Positions 58,823-64,000 of a stretch of DNA of 64,000 bases are shown piece by piece (within the stretch, counting starts at the first letter, position 1; each line of letters begins with the position of its first letter). Made by a program: the position numbers and the translations under genes. Location: NCBI GenBank assembly GCA_965215015.1, contig OZ244042.1, positions 3,584,001 to 3,648,000 on the forward strand, given 5' to 3'. This DNA is from Candidatus Poribacteria bacterium. Its GTDB lineage: Bacteria; Poribacteria; WGA-4E; PCPOR2b. Under the pieces are notes generated by a model that was not told the origin of the DNA, ran no database searches, and saw only the letters and a list, made by a program, of their open reading frames with translations.

Positions 58823-61684
58823 ATGAAATCATTCAAGCCTATGCTATTTCGATACCTACCCGCGATCTTGATAGTTTTAATCGTAACACCTCCGATTGCG
58901 ACAGGTAGCGAAGCGGTTGAAAAAGATTACCGTAACGTCCTGAAAGAGAAAAAACCGGAAAAACAGGTCAAAAAGCATCGAGACCTAATCAACAAGTGGA
59001 AAGAGAAAGGGCACCTCGAACTCCTAATTTCCCTTTATGAGACCGATGCAGAGACGGAACACGTCAACGCAGGTTTACACTATGGTCTAGGCTACGCTTA
59101 CGCTACGCAGGGGAGAATAGACATGACGCAGACCGTTGGCCTCTTTGAAAAGGCAGCGAACCAATTTGAGCAGGCCATCCTCCTCGTTCCGACTCTGTCG
59201 CAGGCACACTTCAGTCTTGGTGCTATCTATCAAGAGCAGGAAAAGTTAGAACTCGCGGCCCAAGCGATGGAGGCGTGTTTGAAATTGAATCCCAAGTACT
59301 ACCCTGCCTACTATCGGCTCGGTGAAATTCACCTCCAACAGGATAATCCCGAAGCCGCACTGGAGGCGTTTCAAGCGGTGCAAAAAATCAACAAAAAATG
59401 GGCGCGTTCCTACTACGGAATCGGATTGGCCCATTTCAAACAGGGAAATGACAACGCTGCCAGAGAAGCCTTCGAGGAAGCAATTTACCGCGACCCAAAA
59501 CTTGCCCCCGCCCACTTCAAACTAGGTCAAGTCTTCGCAAAGGAAGGCTTCTTTGACGATGCCTGGGGTGAATATGAGGCAGGACAGAAATACCAACCGT
59601 ATACCGCGGAAGACTTGTACGAGCTCGGCACAATTTTCGTCCAAGCAGGGAACGAAGAAGGTGCAATTGACATATTCCGACGTATTATCGATACCATTGA
59701 CCCGACACACACCGCCGCACTCCTTCAACTCGGCGAAATCTATTACGCCGCAGGGGAGGAAGGAATGGCAATTGAGCACTACAAACAGGCAATCGAAGCA
59801 GATGCGTCTCTTAAGGATTACTTTATAGAACAGCTAGGTCCCTATCACGCCGGATTGATGGGGAGGGGCGCAGCGAAATCTATCCTCAAACGGTTTTTGG
59901 CGGTTATCCCCGATGATCCACGGGCATCGTTCTACTACGCTCAAATTGAGGCTGACGCGGGCAACTTGGCTGCTGCTATCCGATATTATGAAAAGACGAT
60001 TGCGTTGATTGAGTCTGATGAGACCCAGCTGGAGGTCGAATTCGCACCGGAACATCTGCTGGAGGTTTATCGGTTTTTGGGAGATGCCTACTACCAACAG
60101 GGAAGTCGGGAAAAAGCAAGAGCAGCCTATAAGCGTACAATTGAATCGGACCCGGAGCTAGAACGATATTTCTTCAATCAGGGCAAATCGGCTTTCGATG
60201 CAGGGCAATATGACTTAGCAATTGAGCCTTTTAACAAGTTCCTCCTCATCTATCCGGGGAACATCAAAGCGACGTATCTGCTTGGACGCAGCCACGAAGC
60301 ATCAGGAGAGGCTGAAAATGCGTTGCGCCTTTATGTGCGAACCCTTGAACTGAATGCGAATCATAGGGATGCCCTGATGCGCTCGGCACAAATTTATCGT
60401 GAGCAGGATGAACAGCAAAGCGCACTGACGATGCTGACGAGGTTAACCGCAATCGATCCCACAAATGTTGAGGCATACTATCTTTCAGGCATATTGCATG
60501 TTGAATTAGGACACTTTGAGGAAGCCCTTGATGCCTTCTTGGCAACGATTCGTCTCAATCCGGATCATCTTGATGCCCACTATCAAATCGCGTCCTTGTA
60601 TGAACAGCAAGGAAACACGGATAACGTCATCAAGCAGTATGAAACGATAATCAAACTCGATCCCTCCAAGGCAGATCCATTCCTTCGCCTTGGAAAACTT
60701 TATCTTGAACGAGGCAATAAAGATAACGTTATCCGTGTATATGGACCCGGTTTGGAAATCGAACCCAACCATCCGCAGGCGCAGTACGACCTCGCGGTAC
60801 TTTTTGAAGAACGCGAGGCAACCGAAAAAGCTATCAAGCACTTAGGACTCGCTAACCGATATGATGATGGACATTTCGACTGGCACTTCCGCTACGCTCG
60901 TTTGTTAGACCGTTATGCTGAAACGTTGGAAGATTATGATACCTATGCGGCGAGGGCGGTTGAGGAATACAACAAGACCATCGATTTAAAAAATGATTAT
61001 GCGCCAGCCTACCTCTATCGTGGATTGATCACCCGTCGCTACAAACAGATTGGTGACATGCTCTACCGATACGGTCAGATTGCAGAGGATTTCAAACGAG
61101 TGATTGCCCTTGAACCGAACAATTCTGATGCACACTACCATCTCGGCATGACGTACATAGATTTGGATCAACGCCAAGACGCCAAAGAAATATTTCTAAA
61201 AACCCTTCAATTCAATAAAGAGTATACAGGTATCTATCTTCACCTTGGATTAATTGCGGAATGGGCAGGTGAGTATAAGGAAGCGATCAGCTATTTTGAA
61301 AAGGAGCTTGAAATCGATCCAGAATCCGTCGCAGCCTATCAACGTCTCGGCGATCTCTACAGTAATCATAGCACAGACTTTGGGCGTGCTAAGGAAACAT
61401 TGGAGAAAGCGTTGGAGCTACAACCGAACCATGTGGCAACGTTGCTTAACTACGCAAGTACGCTCTACTATCTGGATCAGCTCGGTGCAGCGACAGAGCA
61501 GTTTGAAATTGTGATTCAATTAAATCCAAAGAATTTGACAGCAAACTATAATCTCGCTTTGATGTATGAGTACACCGGCAAAACGCAGCAAGCAATTAAT
61601 CGATGGAAAAAATTCCTTGAACTGAACCCACCCGCTGAATGGAAAGAAGATGCCGAACAACATTTACGGCAACTTCAGCCATAA
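58823..61684 (+). CDS. Secreted multi-TPR protein
   Basis: Signal-peptide-like N-terminus and many A.Y.LG..Y...G....A...Y...L...P repeats. Confidence 0.93.
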   Translation: MKSFKPMLFRYLPAILIVLIVTPPIATGSEAVEKDYRNVLKEKKPEKQVKKHRDLINKWKEKGHLELLISLYETDAETEHVNAGLHYGLGYAYATQGRIDMTQTVGLFEKAANQFEQAILLVPTLSQAHFSLGAIYQEQEKLELAAQAMEACLKLNPKYYPAYYRLGEIHLQQDNPEAALEAFQAVQKINKKWARSYYGIGLAHFKQGNDNAAREAFEEAIYRDPKLAPAHFKLGQVFAKEGFFDDAWGEYEAGQKYQPYTAEDLYELGTIFVQAGNEEGAIDIFRRIIDTIDPTHTAALLQLGEIYYAAGEEGMAIEHYKQAIEADASLKDYFIEQLGPYHAGLMGRGAAKSILKRFLAVIPDDPRASFYYAQIEADAGNLAAAIRYYEKTIALIESDETQLEVEFAPEHLLEVYRFLGDAYYQQGSREKARAAYKRTIESDPELERYFFNQGKSAFDAGQYDLAIEPFNKFLLIYPGNIKATYLLGRSHEASGEAENALRLYVRTLELNANHRDALMRSAQIYREQDEQQSALTMLTRLTAIDPTNVEAYYLSGILHVELGHFEEALDAFLATIRLNPDHLDAHYQIASLYEQQGNTDNVIKQYETIIKLDPSKADPFLRLGKLYLERGNKDNVIRVYGPGLEIEPNHPQAQYDLAVLFEEREATEKAIKHLGLANRYDDGHFDWHFRYARLLDRYAETLEDYDTYAARAVEEYNKTIDLKNDYAPAYLYRGLITRRYKQIGDMLYRYGQIAEDFKRVIALEPNNSDAHYHLGMTYIDLDQRQDAKEIFLKTLQFNKEYTGIYLHLGLIAEWAGEYKEAISYFEKELEIDPESVAAYQRLGDLYSNHSTDFGRAKETLEKALELQPNHVATLLNYASTLYYLDQLGAATEQFEIVIQLNPKNLTANYNLALMYEYTGKTQQAINRWKKFLELNPPAEWKEDAEQHLRQLQP

Positions 61685-61987
61685 ATGGGGAGGGGTGCAA
61701 GCGGAGGGTGGGCACGCGGAGCGCGCCGACTCCTGTCCGACGAACTGGAGTTGCCCGATTCATCGGGCGGCGGGATTCGTATAGATGCCGACACTGTTGT
61801 GCAACAACACCCGGCTCAATTTACCAAACACTGTCGAGTGACACACCCAGTATGTGATGAGTCACCGACCTACGAGGATTTGAACATTCAACTGCATAAG
61901 TCTTAACTAGTGAACCAAAACCCTTTCATTTGCTGCCACGCCCGCAACAGGCAGGCGAACAGTGATGAGATATGGAGGGAAAAATTT

Positions 61988-62938
61988 ATGTCGAAATTAC
62001 AGGTTGCCTTAATCGGTTGTGGTGGACGTGGTCGAGGGCATGTCCGCGTTCTCCAAGAATTTGACGATGTAGAACTAGTTGCCGTTTGTGATCCGATTGA
62101 GGCAGCGAGAAATGCCGCTGGTGCTGAGTTCAACATAGAGGGACGCTATGCTAGTGTAGATGAGATGCTAGATGCTGAGTCGCTCGATGCGGTGTTTGTC
62201 GCAACGCCGGCACACCTCAATGGGCAGGCGGCCCTCCCTTGTCTGGAGCGTGGCGTCAATACTCTGATGGAGAAGCCGCCGGGGCTGAGTGTCGCAGAGA
62301 CCACCGCTTTGCGCGATGCTGCCGCCCGAACAGGTGCTAAAGGTATGGTCGGCTGGAATCGTCGTTTTCATCCCATTATCGTCAAAGCGCGAGAGATGGT
62401 CGAAGCGCGAGGCCCCGTCACACAACTTGTTGGAGAGTTCCACAAAAGCGTAACCGCATTCATAAAATTAGGTCGTTTTCCCGAACATCTGATGGACAAC
62501 CTGTTTCTCGAAACGCCCATACACGCGCTTGACATCGTTCGTGCCATCGCAGGTGCAGAGGTCGAAGAGGTGCACAGCGTCGTGCGCCGCACAATTTCCA
62601 ACTACAAAGATGTCCACGCCGCACTCATCCTATTCGAGAATGGCTGCGTTGCCCACCTTGCCGCTAACTACACAACAGACGCCCGCCTCGAACGTTATGA
62701 GATTCACGGACGGGACATCTCCGCCTATCTCGAAGGGGTGTCGGCGGGAACTGTTTTTTGCGACGGTAAGCAGCATCAGTTGAGCGGCACGGGGACTAGC
62801 GGTACAGAGGAACAGAACCGATATTTCCTCGATTGCATCAAAGCAGACCAACCGGTTTCACTTCCCGCAGCCAATCTAGATGAGGCAATTAAGACAATGG
62901 AGTTGGCGGAAGCGATTTTATCGGGGATACGTCCTTAA
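61988..62938 (+). CDS. Gfo/Idh/MocA oxidoreductase
   Basis: VALIGCG, MEKP, GWNRRF and IH.LD. Confidence 0.92.
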   Translation: MSKLQVALIGCGGRGRGHVRVLQEFDDVELVAVCDPIEAARNAAGAEFNIEGRYASVDEMLDAESLDAVFVATPAHLNGQAALPCLERGVNTLMEKPPGLSVAETTALRDAAARTGAKGMVGWNRRFHPIIVKAREMVEARGPVTQLVGEFHKSVTAFIKLGRFPEHLMDNLFLETPIHALDIVRAIAGAEVEEVHSVVRRTISNYKDVHAALILFENGCVAHLAANYTTDARLERYEIHGRDISAYLEGVSAGTVFCDGKQHQLSGTGTSGTEEQNRYFLDCIKADQPVSLPAANLDEAIKTMELAEAILSGIRP

Positions 62939-63016
62939 TTCGGAACAGATACGCAAATTGCCCCTGACCTATTGGAAAGGCAACAACTTCAGATTACTTT
63001 CAGAGAGGACGCGTTA

Positions 63017-63910
63017 ATGAAACTCACGCAAGCACAGGTCGAAGCCTTTCATCAGAACGGCTATCTGGTTGTGGAAAATGCGTTAAGTGATGAAGACCTG
63101 AATCCGTTGATTGCGGACTTTGAGGTGCTTATTGATACCATTGCCGATGAACTATACGCGGACAAAAAAATAGGAGAACGTCATGAGGTGCAGCCTTTCG
63201 AGCGGCGTATCGCTTGGTTGACCAAAGAGGCAGGGGACTCCCTTCAGGGGCAGGTATCATTTCCGGTGAATTTGCGCCGTCCAATCTTCGATTTCCTGCA
63301 TAACCCGAATCTACTGGATTTGCTTGAATCAATTATCGGCCCAGAGATTTACTGCAATCCAACGCATCATGTACGACCAAAATTGCCTGAACCCCTGATG
63401 GACGAAGGGTTTGATAATTGGATACAACAGTCGCCGTTCCATCAAGATGCCGCTGTGTTGCTGCCGGAGGCGGACGATACACTTGTTGTGACGACGTGGA
63501 TTCCTCTCGTAGACGCAACCGTAAAAAACGGAACAATACACCTCTATCCGGGGCTGCATCGCGGCGGGATTCGGAGGCATGTGAGGTGCCCCTACGGCTG
63601 GATGATTGCTCCGGAGGTCATGCCCGAAGGTGAGCCGGTGACGATACCGGTGAAGAAAGGTGGAGTGATTTTCATCCACTGCCGAACCCCACACGGTTCA
63701 CTTCCGAATTTGTCGGATGAGGTTCGCTGGAGTTTAGATCTCCGTTGGCACGATGCGCGAAAACCGGGTGGCAGACCACTGCCCGGTATTCAGGTACGCA
63801 GCGGAGAACAGCCAAAAAGGGTAAGGCAAGACCACCAAGCTTGGATAGATGCTTGGGAGGCGGCAAAGGCGGACCCAACACCGAGAAAGATGTATCGTTG
63901 GAAAGATTAA
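63017..63910 (+). CDS. Phytanoyl-CoA dioxygenase (PhyH) family protein
   Basis: FHQNGYL, FHQD, WIPL.D...NG, PG.H and HGSLPN...RWS. Confidence 0.93.
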   Translation: MKLTQAQVEAFHQNGYLVVENALSDEDLNPLIADFEVLIDTIADELYADKKIGERHEVQPFERRIAWLTKEAGDSLQGQVSFPVNLRRPIFDFLHNPNLLDLLESIIGPEIYCNPTHHVRPKLPEPLMDEGFDNWIQQSPFHQDAAVLLPEADDTLVVTTWIPLVDATVKNGTIHLYPGLHRGGIRRHVRCPYGWMIAPEVMPEGEPVTIPVKKGGVIFIHCRTPHGSLPNLSDEVRWSLDLRWHDARKPGGRPLPGIQVRSGEQPKRVRQDHQAWIDAWEAAKADPTPRKMYRWKD

Positions 63911-64000
63911 AGTACCCCAAAACACCTAGCCTGAGAGTACAAAGTGGCAAATCAGATATATGTGAATGCCGCGCAAAGTTTTATCAGAATCTTCCGATCT

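Overview
Bacterial chromosomal window, most likely Candidatus Poribacteria or a similar sponge or marine heterotroph. This is an inference from a giant secreted protein ending in 'NYPNPFNPETWIPY', plus several PhyH dioxygenases, Gfo/Idh/MocA oxidoreductases, a sulfatase, glycoside-hydrolase-like proteins, and NHL and TPR proteins. Most of the window is catabolic or housekeeping (two UxuA-like dehydratases, sialidase-like protein, hydantoinase B, nusB, nnr, pdxA). The standout is a leftward operon at 1-5696: orphan ORF, then a GNAT acetyltransferase fused to a TGT/DpdA-like guanine transglycosylase, then a winged-helix protein resembling SspB/BrxA, then a large AAA+ ATPase that is missing from the ORF track because it runs off the window edge. 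It is a candidate Ssp/BREX-like DNA base-exchange and acylation (7-deazaguanine-type) modification or defence system. The window also holds three Cre-like tyrosine recombinase loci, a truncated IS4-like transposase and several families of short palindromic or MITE-like repeats, some apparently inserted in-frame in genes. No rRNA, tRNA or CRISPR array was recognised. All calls come from motif reading by eye; no searches were run.
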